This document shows, piece after piece, positions 17,380 through 27,409 of a stretch of DNA of 28,480 nucleotides (positions within the stretch are counted from its first letter, which is position 1; the number at the start of each line of letters is the position of its first letter). The stretch spans positions 1-28,480 of the forward strand of contig SHMW01000056.1 of NCBI GenBank assembly GCA_008080735.1. Reading direction: 5' to 3'. The notes beneath the pieces are model-generated. The model did no database searches and had not been told where the DNA came from. It saw only the letters and a list, made by a program, of their open reading frames with translations. Made by a program: the position numbers and the translations under genes. Origin of the DNA: Promethearchaeota archaeon. GTDB lineage: Archaea > Asgardarchaeota > Lokiarchaeia > Sigyniarchaeales > SOKP01.

Positions 17380-18825
17380 TTAAAATCTACCTTTTCTTAC
17401 TGGTAAAGGATCCACAGTGAAAGCCATCCTATTTGAGAGTCTGATGAGCATGTCCATTTTTATTTTCGAGTATGTTTGATTATTCCACAGATTTTCTGTT
17501 TCATTTGGATCTTGTTCCAAATCATATAATTCGCCATAACTTCTCGTATGATCAACGACAAGCTTATATCGTTCGGTGCGCACCATACTAGCCTGGGCGG
17601 TCGGGTCTTTATGCCATGGCATTGCGTTATAATATTCAGAATAGATATCATCTTTATGGTAATCGGGTATTTCTTCTTGAGATATTAACGGCCATAGCGA
17701 CTTTCCTTGCATACCTTTGTGATAAGGATATTCTAATATATCCAAGATGGTCTGTGGAAGATCAATCAACTCAACAAGCGCTTGAACTTTTTTTGGAGAA
17801 ATATGATTTTTCCAATACATAATCAAAGGTACGTGAATGCATGGTTCATAAAAATAAGGACCCTTTAAATAAATTCCGTGATCTCCCAGCATCTCTCCGT
17901 GATCTGACATAAATATGATGAGTGTGTTCTCCAATTGGTTTGTTTCCTCTAGCAAGTTTATAATCCTTCCGATTTGAGCATCAATCAGGTCACACATCGC
18001 CCAATAGGCAACTTTTAAAGACTTATGGTCTCGTTCTTTCATATGAGTATAATTAAATCGTTCTGTCTGGCCATATGCTCCTTCATGATCAATTTTTTGC
18101 CATTCAGTTTTATTCTCTAATTCCCCTTCGTGATAATTGGGGAGGGGGATCTCATCAAAAACTTCCATATACCGATTGATATATTTCTCAGGCGGATCGA
18201 AAGCATGATGAGGATCAAATATATTGATTGAGAAGAGCCATGGAGTATTAAAATTCGCTGCTTGTCTTATAAAATCAATCCCCTTTTCGACGCACCATGT
18301 GGTCTGATGATAATCTTCGGGCCAGCCATACTGAACAAATCTGGACTTTTTGAAGCGCTTTTTTACATATTGAGCATCTTTTTCCTTTAACCATTGAAAA
18401 TATTCATTCGTTAGCCAGAGATTAGTATTATCATGGGACCAATGAAACTCATCATATCCATCATCAATCCTTCTTTCAGTCCCTCTCCTCACCATTGGAT
18501 CTGCCGCTGATAAGTGGAGTTTTCCCGAAAGTCCACATATGTACCCTGCCTCAGATAAGATTTTTGGAAGAACAACTTCTCCTTCTGGTATATCTGCTCC
18601 ATTTTGACGGGCTCGACACGTTCTCGGATACCGTCCCGTAAGAAAACATCCTCTGCTAGGAGTGCATACAGGGCTCTGAGAAAAGGCATTCATAAACTGG
18701 ACCCCTCCGTCAGCTAATTTATCCAAGTTGTGAGTCTCTACAAACCTATTACCATAACATCCGAGCGTATCAAATCTTTGTTGATCTGTACAAATCCAGA
18801 GGATATTCGGTCTTTTTTCTCTCAT
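17380..18825 (-). CDS. Cys-type (formylglycine) sulfatase, cytoplasmic
   Basis: PNILWICTDQQR, CTPSRGCFLTGRY, GKLH, PHH, SDHGEMLGDHG. No signal peptide. Confidence 0.93.
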   Translation of the reverse strand: MREKRPNILWICTDQQRFDTLGCYGNRFVETHNLDKLADGGVQFMNAFSQSPVCTPSRGCFLTGRYPRTCRARQNGADIPEGEVVLPKILSEAGYICGLSGKLHLSAADPMVRRGTERRIDDGYDEFHWSHDNTNLWLTNEYFQWLKEKDAQYVKKRFKKSRFVQYGWPEDYHQTTWCVEKGIDFIRQAANFNTPWLFSINIFDPHHAFDPPEKYINRYMEVFDEIPLPNYHEGELENKTEWQKIDHEGAYGQTERFNYTHMKERDHKSLKVAYWAMCDLIDAQIGRIINLLEETNQLENTLIIFMSDHGEMLGDHGIYLKGPYFYEPCIHVPLIMYWKNHISPKKVQALVELIDLPQTILDILEYPYHKGMQGKSLWPLISQEEIPDYHKDDIYSEYYNAMPWHKDPTAQASMVRTERYKLVVDHTRSYGELYDLEQDPNETENLWNNQTYSKIKMDMLIRLSNRMAFTVDPLPVRKGRF

Positions 18826-18927
18826 AATTAGCTTACTTAATCTTATTTTCTAAAAATGAAATAATTTAATTCTATAATAATTAATTATTCTAATAATAAT
18901 AAAGAATCTTAATAGGACTCAAAATCA

Positions 18928-20991
18928 ATGTCTCAAAATAAATTATATTTAAACCCAAAAAACGATCTTGATAAGCGAGTTGAGTCGCTTCTTGATGACT
19001 TAAATTTAGAAGAAAAAATTAGACTAATACGAGGTAAAGATTTCTGGACTACTGAAGCTATAAAACGGCTGGGGATTCCACCTTTTGGTATGACTGATGG
19101 CCCTCTTGGAGTGGCATACCATTCGAGTTTTAAAGGTAATCGTACAAGGTTTCCAGCAACTATTAGTTTAGCTGCTACATGGAATAAAGAGTTAGCATTT
19201 AAAATGGGGCAAGCTATGGGAAAAGAAACAAAACAAGCTGGTCGCCATCAAATTCTCGGGCCAGGGGTTAATATTATTCGATCCCCGTTATGCGGGAGAA
19301 ATTTTGAATATCTTAGTGAAGATCCGGTGCTTTCTTCTGATATAGCTGCGGAAATAGTCAAAGGAATTCAGTCTGAGGGAATTGCAAGTTGCATCAAACA
19401 TTATCTAACAAATAATTCTGAAACTAAGAGAACAAAGATAAGTACAGAAATTAGTGAGCGCGCATTACAAGAGATTTATGTGAAGAATTATAAGAGAATC
19501 ATCGAAAAATCAGATCCTTGGGGATTGATGGTGTGTTACAATAAAATAAACGGGACATACGGCGCAGAAAATAAGAATATCCTCACAGATATTCTTGTTG
19601 ACCAACTTGGATTCACTGGACATACAGTAACCGATTGGGGGGCGGCTCAACGCACTTCGGGAGCTTCTGCGTGTATTAAAGCGGGATTAAGTCTTGAAAT
19701 GCCCGGAAGTTTCATCTTGAGCAGGGTTTATAAAAAAAAGAAAGTACAAAAAGCTTTAGATAGCGGAGAAATCAGCGAAGAGGATATTGATAATATTGTG
19801 CGTCCTTTGCTAAGAACCTTCCTTCGAGTCGGTTTATTGACTCAAGATAGGGTCTCTCCCAAAAATATTATCGATAACCCGGAACATCAAGCAATAGCAC
19901 GGCAAATTGCAGAAGAGGGAATGGTTTTGCTCAAAAATGAGGATAATTTTCTGCCTCTTGATTTAAATCAGATTAATAAAATCGCGATTCTTGGACCTAA
20001 CACCGATACAAGATTTGGTAAACCATTTTACGGAGGCAGCAGTGCTGTGGTACCACCTTTCGAAATAACTCCATATGAAGGAATTAAAAACTATGTTTCC
20101 AATAAAGCTGAAATTGTATCCAAACCAGAAGAGGCGGATGTGGTTTTCCTAATTATGGGACTCGATCACGGAGGTCATTTTATACTCAATCTACTTTTAA
20201 AAAGAGAAGGTGACACAGAAGGATCAGATCGCACTACATATGCTTTACCAGATGATCAGGAAAAATTAATTAAAGAGACTTTAGGTAAAAATAAAAACAC
20301 AGTCGTGATTCTAGTTGCGGGAAGCCCAATCAATGTATCAAAATGGTATGATGATGTCCCCGCACTTCTAAACGCCTGGTATCCAGGAATGATGGGAGGA
20401 GATGCACTTGCGCGCATTTTATTTGGTGAAGTTTCTCCCTCTGGAAAATTACCTGTAACTTATCCTAAGAAGATAGATGATCATCCCGCCCACAAAACTG
20501 AACGCACGTTTCCGGGTGATCTCGATAAGTTAAAGATCTATTTCGATGAGGGTATTTATGTAGGATATCGATATTTTGATAAAAGAAATATTGAGCCATT
20601 CTTTCCTTTTGGCTATGGTCTTTCCTATACGGAATTTAAAATGTCCAATATTCAAATAGATAAATCCGAAGTTAAACGGGGAGAGACGTTTACGATCTCT
20701 GTTGATGTGGAAAATATCGGAAAACGAAACGGGGCAGAAATAGTTCAAATCTATCTGAGTGATGAGGAGTGCTCAGTGGATCGACCCCCTAAAGAACTTC
20801 AAGCTTTTGAAAAAGTATATTTAGAACTCGGAGAGAAAAAGAATATCAAAATAGAACTGGATACAAGCGCATTTGAATTCTACTCCGAATCAGAGCATAA
20901 ATTTAAAGCAGAAGATGGCTTCTTTACGATTTGGGTAGGTTCATCGTCAAGAAACTTTCCATTATCGACAAAAATTAAATTCCAATCCTAA
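18928..20991 (+). CDS. Glycoside hydrolase family 3 beta-glucosidase with C-terminal Fn3-like domain
   Basis: TDGPLG, GRNFEYLSEDP, KHY, VTDWG nucleophile motif, PSGKLPVTYP, PFGYGLSYT, GAEIVQIY. Confidence 0.94.
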   Translation: MSQNKLYLNPKNDLDKRVESLLDDLNLEEKIRLIRGKDFWTTEAIKRLGIPPFGMTDGPLGVAYHSSFKGNRTRFPATISLAATWNKELAFKMGQAMGKETKQAGRHQILGPGVNIIRSPLCGRNFEYLSEDPVLSSDIAAEIVKGIQSEGIASCIKHYLTNNSETKRTKISTEISERALQEIYVKNYKRIIEKSDPWGLMVCYNKINGTYGAENKNILTDILVDQLGFTGHTVTDWGAAQRTSGASACIKAGLSLEMPGSFILSRVYKKKKVQKALDSGEISEEDIDNIVRPLLRTFLRVGLLTQDRVSPKNIIDNPEHQAIARQIAEEGMVLLKNEDNFLPLDLNQINKIAILGPNTDTRFGKPFYGGSSAVVPPFEITPYEGIKNYVSNKAEIVSKPEEADVVFLIMGLDHGGHFILNLLLKREGDTEGSDRTTYALPDDQEKLIKETLGKNKNTVVILVAGSPINVSKWYDDVPALLNAWYPGMMGGDALARILFGEVSPSGKLPVTYPKKIDDHPAHKTERTFPGDLDKLKIYFDEGIYVGYRYFDKRNIEPFFPFGYGLSYTEFKMSNIQIDKSEVKRGETFTISVDVENIGKRNGAEIVQIYLSDEECSVDRPPKELQAFEKVYLELGEKKNIKIELDTSAFEFYSESEHKFKAEDGFFTIWVGSSSRNFPLSTKIKFQS

Positions 20992-21093
20992 TATTTTTCC
21001 ATCTTTTTTTAAACCTAATTTAGATAATTTTATAATAATCTACAACAAAATTTGTTATATCGCACTCAAGAATGAAATAAGTGTTTATTAATT

Positions 21094-22056
21094 ATGGATA
21101 TTGATTTAAATTTGTTAAAAGAATTTGAAAAATATATTGACACTAACCATCCTGAAAACGGAAAAGTCCCAATCAAGATTTTAGGATTTGGGGAAATCTC
21201 CCTTGTTTTCGAAATAGTTGGGGATTCAAAGCAAATTGCATATAAACGAATTCCCATTTTTGATAACGTGGCCCAAGTTAAAAGACATATTTGGGCATAT
21301 AATGAATATAATAGAATACTGAAAGAAGAGGTTGGATTAATATTACCGAATTACGGTTGCGCGTGGTTCAGAGATGAAAGAGGGAAAATCCAATTCTACT
21401 GTGTCCAAGAGAAGATTAATCCAGAATCAGTTGGCAATAAGATTATTCATGAATTAACGGATGAGGAGATAAAAACACTTGTGTTATTGGCATTAAGGGA
21501 AATGAAAAAGGTGTGGACCTATAGCAAAAAGAATGATAAAATTGATTTAGGGCTCGATGGCCAAATTTCGAATTTTTCAGTGATCGGGTATGAACCTGAA
21601 AATCCAAAGATAACTAATAGCACTAAGTTGCGATATTTAGATACCAGCACACCAATGTTTAAGATACATGGGATGGAAGCTATGGAAGCCGTGTTGTTTC
21701 TGAAGAGTGCGCCCTCATTTTTGAGATGGCTATTAAAGGCGGCTTTCTTGGAAGACACCGTTAATAGATATTATGATTGGAGGCGTGTTTCTATAGATCT
21801 CATCGCTAATTTTTTCAAGGAACAAAGAGCAGACATGATTAAACCTCTCATACAACTCACCAACTCCTTTTTTACAGAAGAAGCATCTGAATTCGAAATA
21901 GAGAAGATTAGCTTAAAGGAGGTCCAAGATTATTATAAAAGCGATAGAGACATGTGGGTAATTTTCCAAAAGGTTCGTAAATTCGATAGGTTTTTGAAGA
22001 CGAAGGTTTTTAAAAAACAGTATGATTTTTACCTTCCTCCTGATATTGAACGCTGA
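21094..22056 (+). CDS. Conserved hypothetical protein (DUF6206-like, possibly kinase-like fold)
   Basis: ILGFGEISLV, AYKRIP, GLDGQISNF, YLDTSTP, DLIANFFKE. Confidence 0.6.
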   Translation: MDIDLNLLKEFEKYIDTNHPENGKVPIKILGFGEISLVFEIVGDSKQIAYKRIPIFDNVAQVKRHIWAYNEYNRILKEEVGLILPNYGCAWFRDERGKIQFYCVQEKINPESVGNKIIHELTDEEIKTLVLLALREMKKVWTYSKKNDKIDLGLDGQISNFSVIGYEPENPKITNSTKLRYLDTSTPMFKIHGMEAMEAVLFLKSAPSFLRWLLKAAFLEDTVNRYYDWRRVSIDLIANFFKEQRADMIKPLIQLTNSFFTEEASEFEIEKISLKEVQDYYKSDRDMWVIFQKVRKFDRFLKTKVFKKQYDFYLPPDIER

Positions 22057-22206
22057 AGATTTCTTCGAGGAAGGTAATAAAAAATCTTTTCGTGAGGTGT
22101 GATAAATTATCTTACTCATTAATTCACTCGATAACTATTAAGATTGTCCCTTTTTATATTTCTTAAGAATTATTTTAAAATTTGAATGATACCATCTTAT
22201 ATAAAT

Positions 22207-23334
22207 ATGAAAACAAAAGTCTATCTTACTTCTAATGTGTTCTCACCCCAAGAAATTGGACAAAATGAAAAAATTCAAGATTCTCTTAAGGTTCGGATTG
22301 AACAGTTATGGCATGAGTTGGAGTCAAATGCAAACTTAAAAGTGTTTGAGGGCCGTTTTCCTACAAAATCTCAACTACAACAAGAAATTGGGAAATACTC
22401 ACCACAAATTATTGGATGTCATTTGAGTCATCCAATTTCCGAAAACATACTCGATAATTCCGACATCTTTGCTGTCTCGACTTCTACTGCGGGATTTAAT
22501 CATATTGAAAGACCCGAAAAGGATGATATTATTATCACACATACTCCAGGTGTCTTATTTGAAACTGTTGCCGATTATACTATTGCTTTAATCATGGCAA
22601 ATCTACGTAATCTTATCGATCTTCATAATTATGTTTGGGATGGTCAATGGTCTCCAGATGAAAAATGGGATTTGGATCAGAAATTATCTTCTGTTATTGA
22701 TAATAAGGTTGTTGGTATCGTTGGGTTGGGTGAAATTGGGACAGAGTTAATGAAACGGCTGTACGCTTGGAATCTAAAAATCATCTATTATGATAAATAT
22801 CCAAAAGTAGAGCTGGAAAAACTATTTCCTGGTCTCGAATATAAAGAGAATATCGAAGACCTGTTTAATGAAGCTGATGTGGTATCGCTCCATGTTCCAC
22901 TGAATTCCGCCACCAAACATATGGTCGATGCTGATCTTCTTACACTAATGAAACCAAAAGCTCTTTTAGTTAATACTGCTCGCGGAGGTGTGATAAATTT
23001 TGATGACTTACTTGAATTATTAGAATCGGGGGAGATCGACATAAATTTTTCATTGGATGTTTTTCCCGAGGAACCCCTAGATCCTTCCATTTTGCGAAGA
23101 CTTAAAGCGATAAAAGAGAAGAATCCCGGAATACGGATGATCTTAATGCCTCATAATGCATCAGCGGATGCAGACACAAGAGGTAAAATGGTGATTATGC
23201 TCTTGGAAGATATTCTTAAAATAATTGATTCAAAGAAGATTATAGATCTAGAAACTATTCACTTAATTCCTCCACATAAAAAAAAGTTGTACGATGAAGA
23301 CTGGCGAATTTTTAAATATTGGGAAAAGAAATAA
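22207..23334 (+). CDS. D-isomer-specific 2-hydroxyacid dehydrogenase (glyoxylate reductase-like)
   Basis: AGFNHI, TPGVLFETVAD, GIVGLGEIG, SLHVPL, VNTARG, DVFPEEP, PHNAS. Start at 22207 or 22186. Confidence 0.9.
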   Translation: MKTKVYLTSNVFSPQEIGQNEKIQDSLKVRIEQLWHELESNANLKVFEGRFPTKSQLQQEIGKYSPQIIGCHLSHPISENILDNSDIFAVSTSTAGFNHIERPEKDDIIITHTPGVLFETVADYTIALIMANLRNLIDLHNYVWDGQWSPDEKWDLDQKLSSVIDNKVVGIVGLGEIGTELMKRLYAWNLKIIYYDKYPKVELEKLFPGLEYKENIEDLFNEADVVSLHVPLNSATKHMVDADLLTLMKPKALLVNTARGGVINFDDLLELLESGEIDINFSLDVFPEEPLDPSILRRLKAIKEKNPGIRMILMPHNASADADTRGKMVIMLLEDILKIIDSKKIIDLETIHLIPPHKKKLYDEDWRIFKYWEKK

Positions 23335-23347
23335 TAGATGACATACC

Positions 23348-24295
23348 ATGAAAATTGCAGCAGTTCAATTAGAAGCAGAATTCGCTAATGTGAAGAAAAA
23401 CCTTCAAAAAATTAGAAGACTGGCGACTCAAGCGTTTGAAGAAGGTGCAGAATGGGTGATCCTGCCTGAATTTTTTACCTCTGGAATGGGATATCATCCT
23501 AAAATGCACTCAGTTATACAAGCTTTCTTAGGAGAACCTTTATCTCTATTAATGGAGTTAGCTGAGAACTATAATGGTGTTATTGGAGGCTCGTTCCTCG
23601 CTCAAAGAGGTTCTGATATCTACAATTCTTTTTTACTGGTATTTCCTGACAAGTCACTCTATATCCATGATAAGGACCAACCAACTATGTGGGAAAATTG
23701 TTATTACATAGGAGGTAGTGATGAGGGAATTCTTAAAACTAATGAATATAATGTGGGAGTGGCACTTTGTTGGGAGTTTATACGCTCTCGTACTCCAAAA
23801 CGATTATTGAATAACATTGACTTTTTAGTTGGTGGATCTTGCTGGTGGACTTTACCCGAGCAGAAAGTTCCGGGATTTCCCGATCGTCTGTTGGAAAGAA
23901 ATCGAGAAATTATGTTCAAAACGCCCCAAAAATTAGCTAAAATGCTCGGAGTCCATGTAATCCACGCAGCTCATGCAGGTGACTTTAAATGCGACATGCC
24001 TTTAATGCCATCCATCAATTATAAGTCTTATTATCTGGGAGAGACGCAAATTGTGGATGGTGCAGGCAAAATATTAGACCGTCTGACCAGAGAGGACGGA
24101 GAAGGCTTCATTATGAAAGATGTCAATCCAAAACGAAAGTGGGAGCCAACCGAGGTAATACCTAAACGATTTTGGATCCCGAAATTACCTTTTCAGTTTC
24201 GCTTAATTTGGTTTTATCAAAATCTCTATGGGAAATATTATTATTATCGAACCAACACACGATCAAATATTCGCTTTAAAGACCTAGCTCCCTAA
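23348..24295 (+). CDS. Carbon-nitrogen hydrolase (nitrilase superfamily)
   Basis: MKIAAVQL, LPEFF (Glu), HDK (Lys), ALCWE (Cys) catalytic triad. Confidence 0.9.
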   Translation: MKIAAVQLEAEFANVKKNLQKIRRLATQAFEEGAEWVILPEFFTSGMGYHPKMHSVIQAFLGEPLSLLMELAENYNGVIGGSFLAQRGSDIYNSFLLVFPDKSLYIHDKDQPTMWENCYYIGGSDEGILKTNEYNVGVALCWEFIRSRTPKRLLNNIDFLVGGSCWWTLPEQKVPGFPDRLLERNREIMFKTPQKLAKMLGVHVIHAAHAGDFKCDMPLMPSINYKSYYLGETQIVDGAGKILDRLTREDGEGFIMKDVNPKRKWEPTEVIPKRFWIPKLPFQFRLIWFYQNLYGKYYYYRTNTRSNIRFKDLAP

Positions 24296-24348
24296 TTATA
24301 TAAACTATTACACAATTTTTTAAAATGAAATATTAATTTGTGATTACT

Positions 24349-24927
24349 ATGATTCGAACTTTTATTGCTTTTGATTTGGAAGATGAGAGAACTATCCAAA
24401 ATATTGAAGAATTTATGGATCGTCTTAAGAAAAATCAACCTGGGATCAAACCGATTGAATCGGAAAATATTCATCTTACTGTAAAATTCCTAGGCAACAT
24501 TAAAGAATCCACTGCTCCCAAAATCTACCATATAATTGACCGAGAAATCAACGAAAAAATACTCCATGGCGATATATACACATATGATTTGAAGGGTGTG
24601 GGAAACTACAGAAATTATGAGATTATATGGGCTGGGATGGAAGGAGATCTCGAACTCCTACAGAAAATAAAAGACATAGTTGAGGAAAAGCTTAATGAAC
24701 GACTCAAAATCAGAAAAGATAAGCGGAGAAGCTTTACACCACATATAACCATCGCACGACTTAAAAAGAAAAGGAGGGATTACAACACCTTCGATAGTTT
24801 TAAAAACATCATTAATGAAAATCGAAACAAGGAATTTGGTCCATTTAGAATTAAAAAAATAAAATTGAAGAAATCTGTTCTTACACCAAAAGGACCGATA
24901 TATTCAGATTTAACCTATGAAAAATAA
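24349..24927 (+). CDS. thpR: RNA 2',3'-cyclic phosphodiesterase (2H family, ThpR/LigT)
   Basis: RTFIAFDL, HLTVKFLG, FTPHITIAR, SVLTPKGPIY. Confidence 0.92.
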   Translation: MIRTFIAFDLEDERTIQNIEEFMDRLKKNQPGIKPIESENIHLTVKFLGNIKESTAPKIYHIIDREINEKILHGDIYTYDLKGVGNYRNYEIIWAGMEGDLELLQKIKDIVEEKLNERLKIRKDKRRSFTPHITIARLKKKRRDYNTFDSFKNIINENRNKEFGPFRIKKIKLKKSVLTPKGPIYSDLTYEK

Positions 24928-24944
24928 AAAACCTGAGTAATAAT

Positions 24945-25625
24945 ATGAAAGCACTAATCTGGGATTTAGATGGGACTCTTATCCATTTCAAAATTAATTT
25001 CATTAAAGCCCGTCGCACCGCGATGGAAATTCTGAAGAAAAATGAGATTCCAAAGGAGGAGTTAAGTATCAAAAAAAGTATTTTAGACAATGTCAAGCAT
25101 GCAATAAAAATCTTTGAAGAAAACGGCTTAGATCCTCAAAAAATTAATGAGATTGTTGAGGAGATTGATAGGGAGGTATCTAATATTGAATATGATGCCG
25201 CATTGAAAGCATCTCGAATTGATGGAATCGAAAGAGTACTCGAATTTGCACGGGATCAAAAGTTAGAACAGGCCATCTATACATATAATACTACAAAAAA
25301 CGCAATTACTTCATTAAAGACGGTTGATTTATTAGAATATTTTAGCGTCATTGCTGGAAGAGATTCTGTAGAAAATCCTAAACCTCATAAGGATCATTTA
25401 TTATATATATGTAATAAATTGGATGTTTCGCCTGAACAAATTATAGTCATCGGAGATACTTATCGTGATATCGAAGGCGCTTTAAAATTGGGGGCTAAAT
25501 CCGTTGCCATAAAGACGAAAACCTCCGGATTCTCTAATAAAGAAATATTTGAACAAGCAGATGTTATTATTGCTCAAGAAGCAATTCCGGGCGAATTAAT
25601 TGTTGCCTTAAATCAATTATTATAA
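24945..25625 (+). CDS. HAD-family hydrolase (phosphoglycolate phosphatase-like)
   Basis: WDLDGTL, KPHKD, IGDTYRDIEGA. Confidence 0.9.
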   Translation: MKALIWDLDGTLIHFKINFIKARRTAMEILKKNEIPKEELSIKKSILDNVKHAIKIFEENGLDPQKINEIVEEIDREVSNIEYDAALKASRIDGIERVLEFARDQKLEQAIYTYNTTKNAITSLKTVDLLEYFSVIAGRDSVENPKPHKDHLLYICNKLDVSPEQIIVIGDTYRDIEGALKLGAKSVAIKTKTSGFSNKEIFEQADVIIAQEAIPGELIVALNQLL

Positions 25626-25706
25626 TAACTTGAAAAATAAAATGTGAGAGAGCTTATTCTCACCAGAAATTAGTTCAATTGCATTTTTCTACTTTCTCAC
25701 GAAATC

Positions 25707-25979
25707 CTAAATTTCTTCAGAATTATCAAAATCCCTCTGATAAAAGACTTCATCTACGCTATGGAGCGCACAATTAAGCTCCTCTAATTTTTGGGTGATG
25801 GTTTCAAGGTCCAAATCATAGCCTCCGACTTTTATGTGCAAAGACGCAGTTCTCTGATCTAACTCATCAACATTTATTCGAACCACATCAACACCTTCAA
25901 TCTGCATCAGCGTTCTAGCTATCAAATCGCTTCCAGGATTATGAGGTTTTAGCACGTCAAGGTAGAATTCATTACGCAT
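25707..25979 (-). CDS. DUF211-family protein
   Basis: LDVLKPHNP, EGVD, and HSVDEV. Confidence 0.82.
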   Translation of the reverse strand: MRNEFYLDVLKPHNPGSDLIARTLMQIEGVDVVRINVDELDQRTASLHIKVGGYDLDLETITQKLEELNCALHSVDEVFYQRDFDNSEEI

Positions 25980-26040
25980 TTCGAATTTTTTCCTCTTTAT
26001 TTTAACTTTTTTAGGACTAAATCGAACTATATCAAATATA

Positions 26041-26205
26041 TTATAACATTGAATAATAAAGATTTATTTTTTTAATTATTATCGGTTCCCATATGCATTT
26101 GGAATGCAGATCTTTTTTGACCTCAAAACTTGCGTGAATCGGTATTAGGTAGTACTGCAACACATAGGCAGTTTGAGTCATTTTCAAAAATTTTCTTGGA
26201 CTCAT
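26041..26205 (-). CDS. Possible 54-aa small ORF
   Basis: AAGGTG-TCAA-ATG; MSPRKFLKMTQTAYVLQYYLIPIHASFEVKKDLHSKCIWEPIIIKKINLYYSML*. No recognisable motif. Confidence 0.25.
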   Translation of the reverse strand: MSPRKFLKMTQTAYVLQYYLIPIHASFEVKKDLHSKCIWEPIIIKKINLYYSML

Positions 26206-26403
26206 TTGACACCTTTGTGGTTTAACCTCACTTTTATTTACTCTTTCTTTCCTTTTAACTCTTTTATAGTGTGTCCGTTTGAGGGGGAAAATCTTTATTC
26301 CATATATGACTTAAATTTTATATTAAAGGGGATCAACATTTAATAATCAATACTAATATTCCTTTATTAAGTAGTAAAAAATAAAGTGTTAGGTATTTTT
26401 AGA

Positions 26404-26757
26404 ATGGAGAGTCCGCAAGTGAAGAAGGTTATTGAGGAAAAGGGAGAGATTTCAGATGAGTTAGATTACGCTTTGATGAAGTATCTACTAAGCAATCGAG
26501 GAAGTGGTTACACACCGTGTCAACCTCAGTTGGTGGAATTAGAAAATGGAAAAGAAGCAATTAAGATGAGTATTGACAATACCTTTATTGGGAAAGATAA
26601 CGAGCTCATGGGCCTGGGAATTGTAGGGAAGCTTTTTATTGATCCCGAATCCTTTGACATTATCTATGCGACCCCAAAGGAGGAATTAGAGAAAAATATA
26701 GAAAAGCTTGAAAAATCGGGAGTAAAACCTCAAAAAAGACCTAAGGGCAAATATTAG
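26404..26757 (+). CDS. Hypothetical protein
   Basis: Protein-like composition. ATG 26404 preferred to GTG 26386. Confidence 0.75.
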   Translation: MESPQVKKVIEEKGEISDELDYALMKYLLSNRGSGYTPCQPQLVELENGKEAIKMSIDNTFIGKDNELMGLGIVGKLFIDPESFDIIYATPKEELEKNIEKLEKSGVKPQKRPKGKY

Positions 26758-26851
26758 GTAATTTAATCATCTTTAGGAGCTTAGATAAGCTTTTTCAAAT
26801 ATTAATCAAAAACTTAATTTAATATTCTATTTTTACATTAATAACGTAAAT

Positions 26852-27394
26852 ATGACTGCTAATGCTCAATATCTTGAAGATATTATCAGAGATTATCTAT
26901 TAGATGAGGGAATCCTTCGAAAGCGAATAGACAATGAAAATCTTGAATTTGGGTATCAATTTGAATTTCCTCCCTTTACCGAAGGTGCGAATAAGAGAGG
27001 ACAAAATATGGTGGTATATCAACCAAAAAAGAAAGATCTTATCATAATTTCTATTGCGACTCAAATCTCTCCTCCTCACGTTGAGGCATTGGAAGGTGTG
27101 GAGGGAAGGAAAATCCGATTTTTCGTAGAGCTAAAAAAATTGCTTCTGTTAAGAAATTTATTTTTTCGATTAGATATCAATAATTATAGATATGAAATCT
27201 CGGATCAAATGTTTATTACGAATAATGAACCTATTTCAAAAAATCACTTTTTCCAGACGGTTCGGAAAGTCTTTAATGTACAAGCATATAGTAATTTACT
27301 TCTCATGGAGTTCTGTTCCGGCAAAATTAAACAAGAAGATTTTGAGAACACGGAAAAATTTCAATCAGGTCCGGGATTTTCTCTGTATACTTAA
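26852..27394 (+). CDS. DUF2299-like protein
   Basis: IRDYLLDEG, VYQPKKKD, ISPPH..AL, ISKNHFFQTVRKVFN pattern. Confidence 0.65.
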   Translation: MTANAQYLEDIIRDYLLDEGILRKRIDNENLEFGYQFEFPPFTEGANKRGQNMVVYQPKKKDLIIISIATQISPPHVEALEGVEGRKIRFFVELKKLLLLRNLFFRLDINNYRYEISDQMFITNNEPISKNHFFQTVRKVFNVQAYSNLLLMEFCSGKIKQEDFENTEKFQSGPGFSLYT

Positions 27395-27409
27395 TTAAAT
27401 AGCATTGAG

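Noticed and set aside
22057-22089. Nested inverted repeats AAGATTT/AAATCTT and CTTC/GAAG after the DUF6206-like gene
   Set aside because: Short and AT-rich; compatible with chance.
25644-25663. Hairpin GTGAGAG/TTCTCAC between convergent genes
   Set aside because: Only 7 bp. It may aid termination but is too weak to call.
1896-27398. Numerous 60-123 aa ORFs overlapping longer genes (e.g. 1896-2093, 4072-4257, 5203-5538, 8361-8732, 11152-11448, 22788-23090, 27192-27398)
   Set aside because: Antisense or alternate-frame shadows of well-supported genes, with no motifs.
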